Below are positions 53,315 to 63,948 of a stretch of 64,000 nt of DNA, piece after piece. Every line of letters starts with the position of its first letter. Within the stretch, counting starts at the first letter, position 1. The position numbers were made by a program, and so were the translations under genes. Origin of the DNA: Podarcis bocagei (taxonomy: Eukaryota). The stretch lies in NCBI GenBank assembly GCA_964188305.1, contig OZ076889.1; one strand, given 5' to 3'. The notes under the pieces were generated by a model that saw nothing but the letters and a program-made list of their open reading frames with translations, did not search any database and was not told where the DNA came from.

Positions 53315-54135
53315 CCAGTGAGCAATCTGACCGCTAAATTCTGAACTAGCTGAAGTTTCTGAGCTGTCCTCAGAGGCAGCCCCCCTCCCTATAAAATCTA
53401 ACCTATATGTCATCAGAGATAGACAACAGAAGTTAGGCTACCTCTACCAAGATAAGGGTGCATTTGGGCCAGCAGCCGAAGCTGATGGAAGGCACTCCAT
53501 GCCACTGAGGCCACCTGAGCCTCAAGGAACAGCAATGGAAGCTGTTCTACCTGCTCCTTCAGAGAGAGTGTAACCCCATCAAGAGCAGGCAACCTCTCAT
53601 ACATCCAGTCTAAGGAGTCACCCACTTAGCAGTGTCTAAGTCTCTGGATTGAGCTCCAGTTTCTTGGCTCTCATCCAGTCCATTAACAAGGCAAGACCTT
53701 AGTCCAGCACATCCACTGCCACACCTGCAAATGTAAAGGAGAAGTAGAGCTGTGGGTTCTTAGCATATTGCTCACAACATACTCCAAACCTCTGGACGAC
53801 CCCACTCAGTAGTTTCATGTATACGTTAAAACAGCATGGGGGATAAAATCAAACCCTAAGGACCGCAAAATGAAGCATCCACAGAGCCAAACAACGCTCT
53901 CCAAGCATCACCCTCTGAGAACAACCATCCAAGTAGGACTGGAACCACCACAAAACAGTGCCACCCACTCACAACGTAGACAGCCACTCCAGAAGGATAC
54001 CATGGTTGATGGTATTGAAAGTCACTGAGAAGTAAAGGAGAATAAACAGGGACATATTTTCCCTGTCTCTCCCCTGACAGAGGTAATCATACAAGGCGAC
54101 CCAAGCAGTTTCTGTGCCAAAACTGGGCCTGAACT
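53315..54135 (-). mobile_element. L2 LINE ORF2 (RT) fragment filling most of TM2D1 intron 3
   Basis: 'LEAQVASVAWSAFHQLRLLAQMHPYL...SLTSVV' is typical of L2 ORF2; decayed QYADDTQLYFSF motif near 53740-53775. Confidence 0.85.
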
Positions 54136-54341
54136 TCTTAGATGTGAAGCAGTTTTACTACAATTTCTTAAAACTGACGTGTTACTCCTCTACACTCCTG
54201 TCATAGAGCTGAGAAGGAAGAGGGCTAAATCACACTTCAGACTAAGGAGGTGGCTGAAGTATATGAACAATTTTATAATTAATTTAGCCAAGCTTTACAA
54301 CAAGTGGTGGCATTATATATTGAACAAAAATATTCACTTAC

Positions 54342-54450
54342 ACGTTTCGACACTCTATAGGCTTGTAAAATCCAATTTCCTTTCCAGTAAATTGGGTTTC
54401 ATTCCCAAAGAAATTCTTGCAAGTAATATTTGGTGCTGGAAGACAGCCGA
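54342..54450 (-). CDS. TM2D1: TM2D1 coding exon 3 (VGCLPAPNITCKNFFGNETQFTGKEIGFYKPIECRNV)
   Basis: 109 nt, poly-T...CCCGCAG/GTAAGT boundaries, phases consistent. Confidence 0.97.
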
Positions 54451-54941
54451 CTGCGGGCAAAAAAAAAAAGCATTCTGCACTAAACTCCAGGGAAAGGCCT
54501 CCAGGGAAAGAACAAGTGAAATAAATATATGCATGTTTTTATCAAGACAGCTAATACTACACATAGAAGAATGCAACTGTACTACAGATTTAATATAAAA
54601 TATTTTCTGGAAAAAGTGGAAATATACAAGTTAAGTTTTCTGAATTAACATTATAAAGTAATGACTAGCATGATAAAATAGTTGAACAAATTTCTTTGCA
54701 CCTATGACACTAGACTATCAAGGTGCATAGAAGGTTGTGGACCAAAGATGTTGACATACCGCTGTAAATAAATACACCAATTATGCATTCAATTATAAAT
54801 TGTGCCATACGCAGTGTTACTGATCACCACTATACATGATCAATATGGGGTGCGGGAACTAGTGTTTATCATGAACAGCATTTAGTCAAATAATATGCAC
54901 CAGTAGCTAGACTAAAAGCATTCTATTGCCATACTCCTTAC

Positions 54942-55015
54942 CATATGCAGTGTGATTTGTACAGTTCAAAGGTTCTTGTGTTTCATTGTCTATTTTAGGA
55001 TCTTCACAAATATAT
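54942..55015 (-). CDS. TM2D1: TM2D1 coding exon 2 (YICEDPKIDNETQEPLNCTNHTAY)
   Basis: 74 nt, preceded by an AC acceptor (U12) and followed by GTAAGG. Confidence 0.96.
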
Positions 55016-56269
55016 GTTTGAACAATTAAGGAAAACAAATATAAACTGAGCTCCCATGTTAAGTGTTCAACAATAACAACACAGTAAATTACGATAAATT
55101 GTTTTATCTGCCTAAGATTTTACAGGCGGAAGTGGCCTGTTTTCCTTCTTATTACTAATATTTTGGGTATATAAACATATAAACTTTGCATTTGAAAAAC
55201 GAAGTGCTTAACTAGGCTTTACAAGAGACACAGAGTTACCTGGTATTTATCTATCTCTTCCTAATAATGTGAGACAAACAAAATGGAAGAGATCAGACAA
55301 TCATATAATGGTTTAAATAAGCCAAAATCTGAGGAAGATTTTTGCTTATACCCAGACAGCCCTTTGTATGAACTATAATTAAACCTATTCAGTATAGTTT
55401 CCCGTTTTATCCAATCCAGCAAATAGCAGTTAGCAGTTTCATAACAAATTAAGATGCTATTAAACTATGGTTTAAAAATATGTTATTTAAAACATAGTTT
55501 AACATCCTGGCTTTCTTGCTCTGCTAAAACAATTAAATGTTGTACTTTTATCCACAACAAAATATGACCCAGGAGCCTCAGATAGGCGGCCCAATTGTTT
55601 AGAACAGGTGTGGGGAACCTGTGAATCTCTAGATGTTGCTAGACCATCCCTGACCACTGGCTGTGCTGGCTGAGGCTAACAGGAGTTGGAGTCCAACAAC
55701 ATCTGAAAAGCCAAACTCTCCATTCGTGAACTAGACTTTTTTCTGCTTAATTTTATTAGCATTCCTTTAGTCCAACACATCACAGATTCAAATAAAGTGA
55801 TTTTACTACATGTTACCCCAAAACCATTTCAAAGACACATTAGCACAGCGACAGACAAAAGAGGAGTCACTACTCTTAGCCCTTCCCCTACTTAGGGGTC
55901 CTTTACCTTTTACTTAGGTTAAATATTTTTTCTACACCTGTTCACTGCCTGATGTCAGATAGCCTTGCTTGATGAGGTCACTTCATGAGGTTTAAACATG
56001 TATTTCCCCCCATATCTTGCCACTTTGCAGCTGCCACTTTGTTGTGTATGGCAGAGCTACTGTGCCCCTTAAGACTACAAAAGATTCAACAGGTGTAGCT
56101 TCTGCCCAGCATGCAGCTGAAGTGGTTCGAAGGCCTCACCGGGTGTTTGAAATCACAGGAGCTCTGCCGGGAAAAGGGGCAGCCCCACGGCCCTCCCCAA
56201 CCCATTGCAAGGCCCATCACCACGGCAACCAGGCGCTGCTGGGTGCCCTTCTGCACAGCTTCAGGATAT
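55016..56269 (-). other. TM2D1: U12-type AT-AC intron (TM2D1 intron 1, 1254 nt)
   Basis: 5' ss ATATCCTG (56269-56262), branch box TTTTCCTTAAT (55035-55025), 3' ss ...TTCAAAC. This junction restores G-Q-Y-I-C in frame. Confidence 0.93.
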
Positions 56270-56830
56270 TGGCCGACTCTCAGGTCTTCGCACTTCAGAG
56301 AAGAGTCGCCGCCCGCCGCGCCCTGCGCCGCGAGACAAGCCAAGCACAAGGTTCCCAAGGACCAGAGCGCGATCACGCCGCCTTTTTTCCTCTTGTTCCC
56401 TGACAGCGGCATCTCCTGCCAGGCGGCCATGTTGGAAAACGAGCCCCCTGGTCAGCTGACGTTTTCGCCCTATCTAGTAGCGTCGACGCTTCTCCCGAAG
56501 GGCCAGCGGGCCTCGAAATGGGGCGGAAGAAGCGACGCTGTTCTTTCAGGGAAGCCTTCATTTTCCCATAGCAAAGATGGCTCCCGTTCCTTATAATTTC
56601 CAATGCGGTTGAAGGCAGAAAGCGCCCGCTTTCCTCCCAGGTAAACGGACAGGCGGCGAAAAGGGAAGCTGGGTGCCTTTTGCAAAGATGGATGCTTTCC
56701 TAACAAAGCTGCGAGAGGAAGCTCGGCTGCCCTTACTTAAGATGGATCCTTTTGAAGCGCGGAAACTTGACTAAAGTGTTCAGCCCCGTCCCAATCTCAA
56801 AACGAAAGCGCGTGCGGTGGTCAGAGGTTG
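56130..56830 (-). promoter_or_regulatory. TM2D1 CpG-island promoter
   Basis: CpG-rich. YY1-like CCAACATGGCCGCC over the start codon (56422-56435), CRE half-site TGACG at 56457, overlapping GC box/ETS GGGCGGAAG at 56521-56529. Confidence 0.75.
56270..56430 (-). CDS. TM2D1: TM2D1 coding exon 1 (signal peptide; MAAWQEMP...SSLKCEDLRVGQ). Full CDS 621 nt, 206 aa.
   Basis: ATG in AACATGG context, hydrophobic signal-like stretch, LKCEDLRVGQ matches TM2D1 (beta-amyloid binding protein). Confidence 0.95.
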
Positions 56831-56946
56831 ATAGGATCATAAAATAAAGGTGAATGTAGAGTATGAACAAAGGATAAAGCCAAGCTCACAAATTAATGCC
56901 TGTGTCATGTTATTTATTCAACTTATATCCCACCCTTCCTCCCGAA

Positions 56947-57083
56947 CAGGGTTTCCCAAACTTGGGTCTCAAGCTGGTTTTTTGGACTACAACTACCATC
57001 ATCCCTGGGTGCTGGTCCTGCTAGCTAGGGATGATGGGAGTTGTAGTCCAAAAACATCTGGCGACCCAGTTTAGGAAACCCTG
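56947..57083. mobile_element. hAT-type MITE, 137 bp, perfect 8-bp TSD, between the two promoters
   Basis: TIRs CAGGGTTTCCCAAAC and GTTTAGGAAACCCTG; TSD CTCCCGAA at 56939-56946 and 57084-57091. Confidence 0.9.
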
Positions 57084-57420
57084 CTCCCGAAGAAGCCCAG
57101 GGAGGCATAGAATCCCTTCCGATCTCGTTGATAGGTTCCTCTCGCTTCCATCCACAGTCGCAACTTCTAAAGGCTGCATAAAATAAAATAAAAAGCTAAC
57201 GGGGTTCTGGGGTCTTTCACCGAAATTAAGCAGTTTCACACGCACACGCAAAACGGATATTTGTATATCATAATAAGAAAAAGCTTCACCTGCTGAAAAT
57301 TTCTGTTAGGTATTTTTTAGGTCCAAAGGGGTGAAGAGGTTCACTGGCAACAGAGATTGGTAAGCATGCATTTAAATGTTTTAAACTAATTTTATAGAAT
57401 AGAGTATTGTGTGGTAACTA

Positions 57421-57511
57421 AGGTTGCAGTCCTAACCATGTCTATTCAGAAGTAAGCCCTACTGAATTCAATGGGGCTTTCTCAAAGGTAAGTAAATTTA
57501 GGATTGCAACC
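57421..57511. repeat. Ancient short palindromic repeat (CCC.TTGAA.TCAATGGG family); related copies near 1230, 50840 and 60075-60165
   Basis: GGTTGCAGTCCTAA...AAGCCCTACTGAATTCAATGGGGCTT...TTAGGATTGCAACC. Confidence 0.65.
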
Positions 57512-57964
57512 CCACTTCCCTGCTTCTGGTTTCACTGCCACTGGAGGCTCAGGTGCTACGGACCCTTTTAGACCGAGATGACTTGCCACCGTACTCCATG
57601 CTCTACCAGATTGGATTGTGTCCATGTGCTCTACCTGGGGTTGCCCTGGTGAAGGGCAGGTAATAAATAACAGCAAAACAATACTTTGCTAAGAAGATTC
57701 TTATAACTAACGTGAACTATCCTGGAGCTGAGAATGCATCTCTGAGACACTTGGTTGCCTGCAACTTCATTATTTCCTGTCCGTTTAGGAAAAGTTTAAA
57801 AACTATTTATCCCGAGTTCTAATAATAAGTAAAAGCCAAATATGACTTGTGTTTGTTTTTTTCAACTTAAAAAACCCATAAACTGACTCATGATTTCTTC
57901 ATGCTTGGGGCTGAGCATATTGCTGGTTTCATAAACAGCTACTGCTAAACCAGCTGGATTCTCT

Positions 57965-58600
57965 TTCGCCACTGCCGCGTATTCACACGTGTCGGGAATT
58001 AATGGCGCGCTGGCGCCTCTCGCTTATCTCCCCTTCATCTTGCTTCTCTTTCACGCCCCCCTCAACCCCTGGATTATTTCCTTCTATGTCTCTCCCCACT
58101 TCTTTATGTGCCTTCCCCGGTGCCTTCCCCGCGGCCCTTGGGCTTGTTGGTTCACACCGCGCGGAAATCAAGCGGGGCGAAACCTCGCCGCCTGCTGCCT
58201 GCCGCTCTCTCTGCCTTCCTTCCCCTCCAGATGCGGACTCTCCCGGCGTTGGTTTCCTTGCCTAAGGCACGGCTCCCCCTTGCTGCCAGCTTCCTGTGTT
58301 GCAGGTGAGGCGCGGCTCCAATCCAGGCTCTCGCTTCCGCCCAGGTAAGAGCGAGTGGAAGATCCGAAAGAGGCAGCCGTGGCAGAGCTCTCCTCCCCCC
58401 GCAGAGACCAGGTAAGAGGGGGTCCAGGAACAGGCGACCCTCTCCTCGCCCCCTGTCATTTGCGGGAAAGAGAAGCAGCGCGCAGCCGCTGGAAAAGCAA
58501 CCGGCGGGGCATTTACAGGGCGCCCTCCACTTACTTCCTGGATGTTTCTAAGTTTCGTCGAAAACACTTGTCGCACTTCGGGCTGGGCTGCTTTGCAGAG
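57965..58600 (+). promoter_or_regulatory. PATJ: PATJ CpG-island promoter and probable non-coding exon 1
   Basis: CpG-rich island about 2 kb upstream of the ATG exon. E-box CACGTG at 57986. Candidate donors CAG|GTGAGG (58305) and CAG|GTAAGA (58345 and 58412). Confidence 0.7.
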
Positions 58601-60384
58601 CCCTGAGCTGGGATTTAAATCTCTGTGGGGTTTGTTCCCAGTTTGTTCCCAGTTTGTTCCTTCTAATTATCCAAGGCTAAAAATATTTAATAACAACAAT
58701 AAAAAAGATGGAAATTCTAATTTTAACTGCAAGCTTCCACACCTACTGGACTTCCTTGTTTTGGCCGTGGCGAGGGGTTTTGATTATTGCATGGTGGTGG
58801 CCGCTTTGGGAGTTGTCCTGTTTAAAGTTTGAACATAAACAGTTTAAAACCTAAGAAAGGGTGGAGGAGAAGCGGTGAAAAGCTATTTTCGGCCTGGTTG
58901 TAGCTCTCAGTCATGGTGCAACAGGTCCCACACCTTGGCCCCTGACTAGCTGCTGCACCGCACCTTGCTTGAGTAGTTCCTGCCTCTCCACATCTTTACA
59001 CAGCCTCTCTGGTGGGGCTTGTGAGGCCACCCACAGGTTGAGAGTGGACACACCTGTACTGACCTCACACCACCTGTTTTTGAGGTCTAGCAGCCACCTC
59101 TGCTGGTGGAATTTGAGCTTCGTGCCTCTCTGAGGACAAGGTGCCCATCTTCCCTGTGCTGCACCACTGTCTACAGTGGGCAGTGGCAACAGCACCGACG
59201 TTGTCTTTCTACCTCTAGGGCTCAGAGAGTTGCCTGCCGATGGCAGTTGTGTCTCACTCTCCTGACAAAGTGAACAAGTGGAGCGGCAAGGAGCCTCCCC
59301 CCTTCTCTTTCTTGTTGACCCTTTTTGTGTTGCACCTTCCTCTAGTTGCCCCTTTCTCTGTGGCTGGTGGCACAGGGAGGGTTAGGTCCAGCAGGGCTTC
59401 CCAGGGTGAGCGCTGCTTCACATCTCCTGTCATTTGTGAACTGCCTTTGGGCAGCTTCGTGGAAGAGACTGGGCCAAGTGGGTCTGTCCAGAGAGAGAGA
59501 GAACCTAAGCTGTTGCTGCCTCTGCCTGCTCTTGGCAGTAAGCAGATAGGATTGGATGCAGCAGGCATGGCTCTGCCAAGACATTTGCCGCCTAAGGCAG
59601 AACAGCAAAGTGTGCCCTCCCGCAATCCATGCACATAATAGCCACAGCCTGTTAAGTTTATTTTGCCACTCAAGGCAGAACAATCCCAAAAACCCTTCTC
59701 ACCTTCCCTGGCAATAAAATGCAATAGTAATAAATTAAATAATCATATGAAGCCTTTTTGTGACACCCCAAACCAGCTGCCTAATTCTGCTGCCAATGAT
59801 AGGGCTGGCTGCTGTAGCACCACTTGGAAGAGTGCCAAAGCAGGGAGGCCAACAGTAATCCAATGTGAATTTAAGCTTGCATAATGGGAGAATATGGCAG
59901 GGGTGTAAATTTTTGAATTTGCTGGGTCCCTTTTATGTTTATGTGTAGCAGGAAGCTAAATAGCCACATGGATAATTCTTCTCAGCATTGTTTGTGTTAT
60001 GCTAAATAATAATACATATTGGATAATGCATATTGTTTTGTGGCTGGGGAATTTTTTTTTCTTTTAAATGCTTTAGGCTGCAATCCTGACCCCTGTTGTC
60101 TAGAAGTAAGCCCCACTGAATTCAATAGGACTTGCGTATTAATGGATATGGTTAAGATTGTGCTGTTAGTGAAGAAACTGTATTTATCACAATAGTAATC
60201 CCCCCATGAACTCCAAACATTTTGATTGAATGTGGGATTTTAAGAAGCAGCTTTTGAGAATGGTTACAGGTATTATGTGCGTGTGTGACATCTTTGCTTC
60301 ACAAAGAAACATGTTGACCTCAATTTAACTTGTACTTTTATTTTATGCAGATTATTTTGACTACTGCAGCACAGATAAGCCAAC

Positions 60385-60406
60385 ATGCCAGAAAATCCTG
60401 TTGCAG
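60385..60406 (+). CDS. PATJ: PATJ first coding exon (exon starts about 60351; MPENPVA)
   Basis: Acceptor TTTTATGCAG at 60350, CAACATGC start, donor GCAG|GTAGGC; matches the PATJ N-terminus MPENP. Confidence 0.93.
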
Positions 60407-60496
60407 GTAGGCATCTCTGGAAAAGAATCTCTTGGTCAAATAATCAAATATTTCAAAGCAGGCGTTTAATGTGTGATGTTTTATGGAATCCCACAG

Positions 60497-60663
60497 ATAA
60501 GCAGCAGGTGCTGCGGATTCTGGAGCGTCTGCTATTGAAGCTACACGAGAGAGGAGACACTTCACAGATCGATAATCTGGCTTTCCTGTACAATACACTC
60601 AAGAACCCCTTGTTTAATCATATGCTGACTCTTCAGCAGTCAATCAAGCAACTGAAAGAACAA
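60497..60663 (+). CDS. PATJ: PATJ coding exon 2, L27 domain ([12 protein letters not shown]...[13 protein letters not shown])
   Basis: 167 nt, CCACAG/GTAAGT, L27 motif [20 protein letters not shown]. Confidence 0.97.
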
Positions 60664-61222
60664 GTAAGTTAAAGATTATGAAGTTTAGCAATGCTGGTGG
60701 TTATGTTTGAGGGATGAATTAATGAAATATTCATTGCTGACAATGTTGTTTTACACTATATATCTGCTTGGGGTGAATGCTGATCTTTTGTCACTTCTAT
60801 GGTAAATTTGTCATCATTTTAATCTATCATGGATTTACTAAATCTTTCACTAATTGCCTTCAGACAATTACGTTCTATGTCTGGGTTTTCTGCCTCAAGC
60901 AGAGGGTTGGGTCCTGCCCTGGGCTCCTTTTACAGGAAGGGTGGGATAGAAATTCAGTAACTAAAATAGATAATAAATAGATGACCACAAGGCCCGCCCC
61001 CCACTCTGTGATTTGTTACTAATATTATACAAAGGTTTAACATCAGAGGTCAAACTTCCGGCTATCATGCCTTGAACCTAACATCTGAAGTTTTCCTAGA
61101 GGTTTTCCTACATTTGGCCACTCCTGAGATAAATAAGAAGCGCTCAATGCATTGACTCACAAATCAACTGGCTGAAGAAACAATTCTTTGTGCAAACAAA
61201 TGTCTTCCATTGCTATCCACAG

Positions 61223-61417
61223 CTCGCTTACATGCCTCCAAATCGTTCAGTGGATTTTGATTTTACCAGGAGAGGTTTGCTGGTGTTCGACGCTGATCAA
61301 AATTCTCTTGCTAATGGAAACCTTTATATGACTTGCAACCAAAACAATCAGATGACTCCTCTAGTTCCAAAGCCTGGAGTTGATGAGTTTAATTTGGCAA
61401 TCCAGAGGATGGCAAAG
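61223..61417 (+). CDS. PATJ: PATJ coding exon 3 (LAYMPPNRSVDFDFTRRGLLVF...AIQRMAK)
   Basis: 195 nt, CCACAG/GTATGG, FDF.R.GLLVF motif. Confidence 0.95.
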
Positions 61418-61708
61418 GTATGGCACAGCACCATTGGCAGACTAAATATATATTGCTCATCCCATTAAGTCCAAATGTTTCTGGTTTTAAAGTTTTACAT
61501 TTGTACAGCAAAGCATGCAAGTGTAGTTTTTTTTTTGGGGGGTGCATTATAATTGTATAATGGTAAGTAATAGAAAACCCATGTTCTAAGTATTTTTTGA
61601 GCAGGTTATTGCCAAACCTTGAATTTGTGGCATTTTCTTCGATTCTTGCATGCATTCAATGTTCTTTTTGTAAAAACTCAGGAAGTGTGTAGTCATCATC
61701 ATCATCAT

Positions 61709-61872
61709 CAGCGCTTTTTTTCTAAAAAAATGTTTAGGGGTACTCTCATTTTGACTCAAGAAAATCACCATTTTATAGTTCAAATCGGGAAAAATAAATA
61801 CAGTAAATTGACAAAATTACAAAGATTGACAAAATGTTTAGGGGTGTGCGTACCCCCAGGAAAAAAGCACTG
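61709..61872. mobile_element. hAT-type MITE, same termini family as 29587-29733
   Basis: CAGCGCTTTTTTCTAAAAAAATGTTTAGGGGTACTCTCATTTT ... ACAAAATGTTTAGGGGTGTGCGTACCCCCAGGAAAAAAGCACTG. Confidence 0.85.
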
Positions 61873-61884
61873 ATAATAATAATA

Positions 61885-62175
61885 TTGATACCCCACCGAT
61901 CTGGCTGGGTTTCCCCAGCCGCTCTGGGCAGCTTATCTAAAAACATAATAAAAGCATTAAAAACTCCTGATACAGGGCTGCCTTCAGATGTCTTCTAAAA
62001 GTTGTGTAATTCTTTATCTTCTTGAGATCTGAAGGGTGGGCAGTCCACAGGGAGGGCGCCACTACCGAGAAGGTCCTCTGCCTGGTTCCCTGTCACTTTG
62101 CTTCTTGCAGTGAGAGAACCAGCGGAAGACCCTCGATGGAGGACCTCAATGTCTGGGCTAGCTAAGCGATAGGGG
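61885..62175 (-). mobile_element. L2 LINE 3' end fragment
   Basis: GATACCCCACCGATCTGGCTGGGTTTCCCCAGCCGCTCTGGGC...CCACAGGGAGGGCGCCACTACCGAGAAGG; same family as 17165-17335. Confidence 0.75.
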
Positions 62176-62373
62176 TGGGGACTAGTTTAGTGGTTAATTC
62201 CACTATTCTATGTAATGTTTTTATTTTGTAATGACATCAAGTTGAAGCCATACATGAAATTTGGTTCTCAATAGGCTTTGCTTGTTTAGTAGGTTTTTTT
62301 TGAGGGGGGGATGTATTTTAAGATAAATGAATAGAATATTGTAAGTTAATTGCTTCTATTTTTCATTTATTAG

Positions 62374-62513
62374 GGCAGGCAAATAGAAAATATTGCAATA
62401 GAGAAGCCATTTAATGGAGGCCTTGGATTTAGTGTGGTTGCTCTTAAAAACCAAAGTCTTGGAGAACCCGGTATCTTTGTCAAGGAAGTTCAGCCAGGAA
62501 GCATAGCAGCCAG
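62374..62513 (+). CDS. PATJ: PATJ coding exon 4, PDZ1 N-half ([47 protein letters not shown])
   Basis: 140 nt, TTATTAG/GTGAGA, GLGF motif. Confidence 0.97.
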
Positions 62514-63134
62514 GTGAGATTCTTGTTTCATATTGTCAAAGCTCATAAAAATAACACGAATTGAATAAAGGGTATGACATTCTTCATGCTGTTCTTTAAA
62601 ACCATTGTTCTTAAATACTATTGGCATTGCCAGGACCCTAGAGTTGCAAGACAGCCAAGAGCTGTCTTGTCAAATCTCCTTGTTGTAAGGCAGGACATCT
62701 TGCCCACCAGCCTGCCACAGATTAGTGGATGTGAACTGGACACCACAGTGCACTAGAAGCAGAGTACAGGGGAAGTATGGACAGCTGCCTGCCAAGTGTG
62801 GCTCTGTATAATGAAAGCAGATAAGCCAATACTGATAATAATGTTGAGCATTCATTTTAGACTTGAGCAGCCAAGGAGCCCCATCATGATTCCTGTGATT
62901 CAGAAGGTGGGCGCTGAGATATAGTGGTCACTTTAATGAATTTATGGACAAGTATGATACAAACTAGGGACAACTCATGCTTTTCTCACTATGCTGCACC
63001 AGCCAACCGCAATACTATTAGAGAAGGCAGTTCTGTATCCCCCCACATATCTGTGGGGGGTGTTTGTGTCCTTGAAAACCTGTTATGAAGATGCTGGCAT
63101 GCTCTTTTCAAGCATTTTGTTTGCTTTATCCAAG

Positions 63135-63330
63135 GGATCAAAGATTAAAGGAGAATGACCAAATAATGGCCATTAATCACACCCTGTTGGATCAGAACAT
63201 TTCCCATCAACAGGCCATTATATTGCTCCAGCAAGCCACAGGTTCCTTACATTTGATTGTGGCCAGGGAGCCAACCCAGAGAAGCAGTCGGACCTCAACC
63301 TCCTTAAGTGATGTTAATTCACTTGAAATG
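63135..63330 (+). CDS. PATJ: PATJ coding exon 5, PDZ1 C-half ([33 protein letters not shown]...SLEM)
   Basis: 196 nt, ATCCAAG/GTAAGT, matches PATJ PDZ1. Confidence 0.97.
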
Positions 63331-63819
63331 GTAAGTTACAGCTTTGCCAGAATTGAGTTTTGAATTATAAACGTCTTAAAACACATTGTACAGTGTTTAC
63401 AATGCTCGACAAATTGCACTGGGGCATTTAACCCCGTATGATTAGTGTCTTTGTCTTCCACACAGATATAATGTAGATCAAACTAAATATGCAATAAAAA
63501 AACATATTCCTAGATGTATGTGTCAACTTGCAACTCTCTTGGAACAACCTTGCAACTTCAAATGGAGTTGTAAAAATAAAAAAATTGCTTTGTAGGAAGT
63601 AACTAGCTAGTAACCCATTGAGTTCAAATGCTATCTCCTGTGTTGTTCTATAAACCTTTTGTGTGCTGTGCATTCTTATTTTTTAATGTTTATTAAATTT
63701 CTATACCACCCTTCATCCAAAGATCATAGGACAGCTTACAATATAAAAACATAACCATACACACTATTGCAGCCCAAAAGTATCATGATAAACAGACTTT
63801 CATCTTCTGTCTCTTCCAG

Positions 63820-63948
63820 ATCAATTGGGGCCATGTTGAGGAAGTAGAGCTGGTTAACGATGGCTCAGGATTGGGTTTCGGAATTGTAGGAGGAAAGTCA
63901 ACTGGCGTAGTGGTGAGGACTGTTGTCCCTGGAGGTCTGGCAGATAAG
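63820..63948 (+). CDS. PATJ: PATJ coding exon 6, PDZ2 start ([43 protein letters not shown]); gene continues beyond the window
   Basis: 129 nt, CTTCCAG/GTAACT, GLGF motif. Confidence 0.97.

Noticed and set aside
54179-54598. 139-aa plus-strand ORF
   Set aside because: Antisense shadow of TM2D1 exon 3.
56017-56706. Several overlapping ORFs around TM2D1 exon 1
   Set aside because: By-products of CpG-island GC content. Only 56270-56430 on the minus strand matches a protein.
57983-58832. Overlapping ORFs in the PATJ CpG island
   Set aside because: GC-rich chance ORFs. The PATJ ATG is at 60385.
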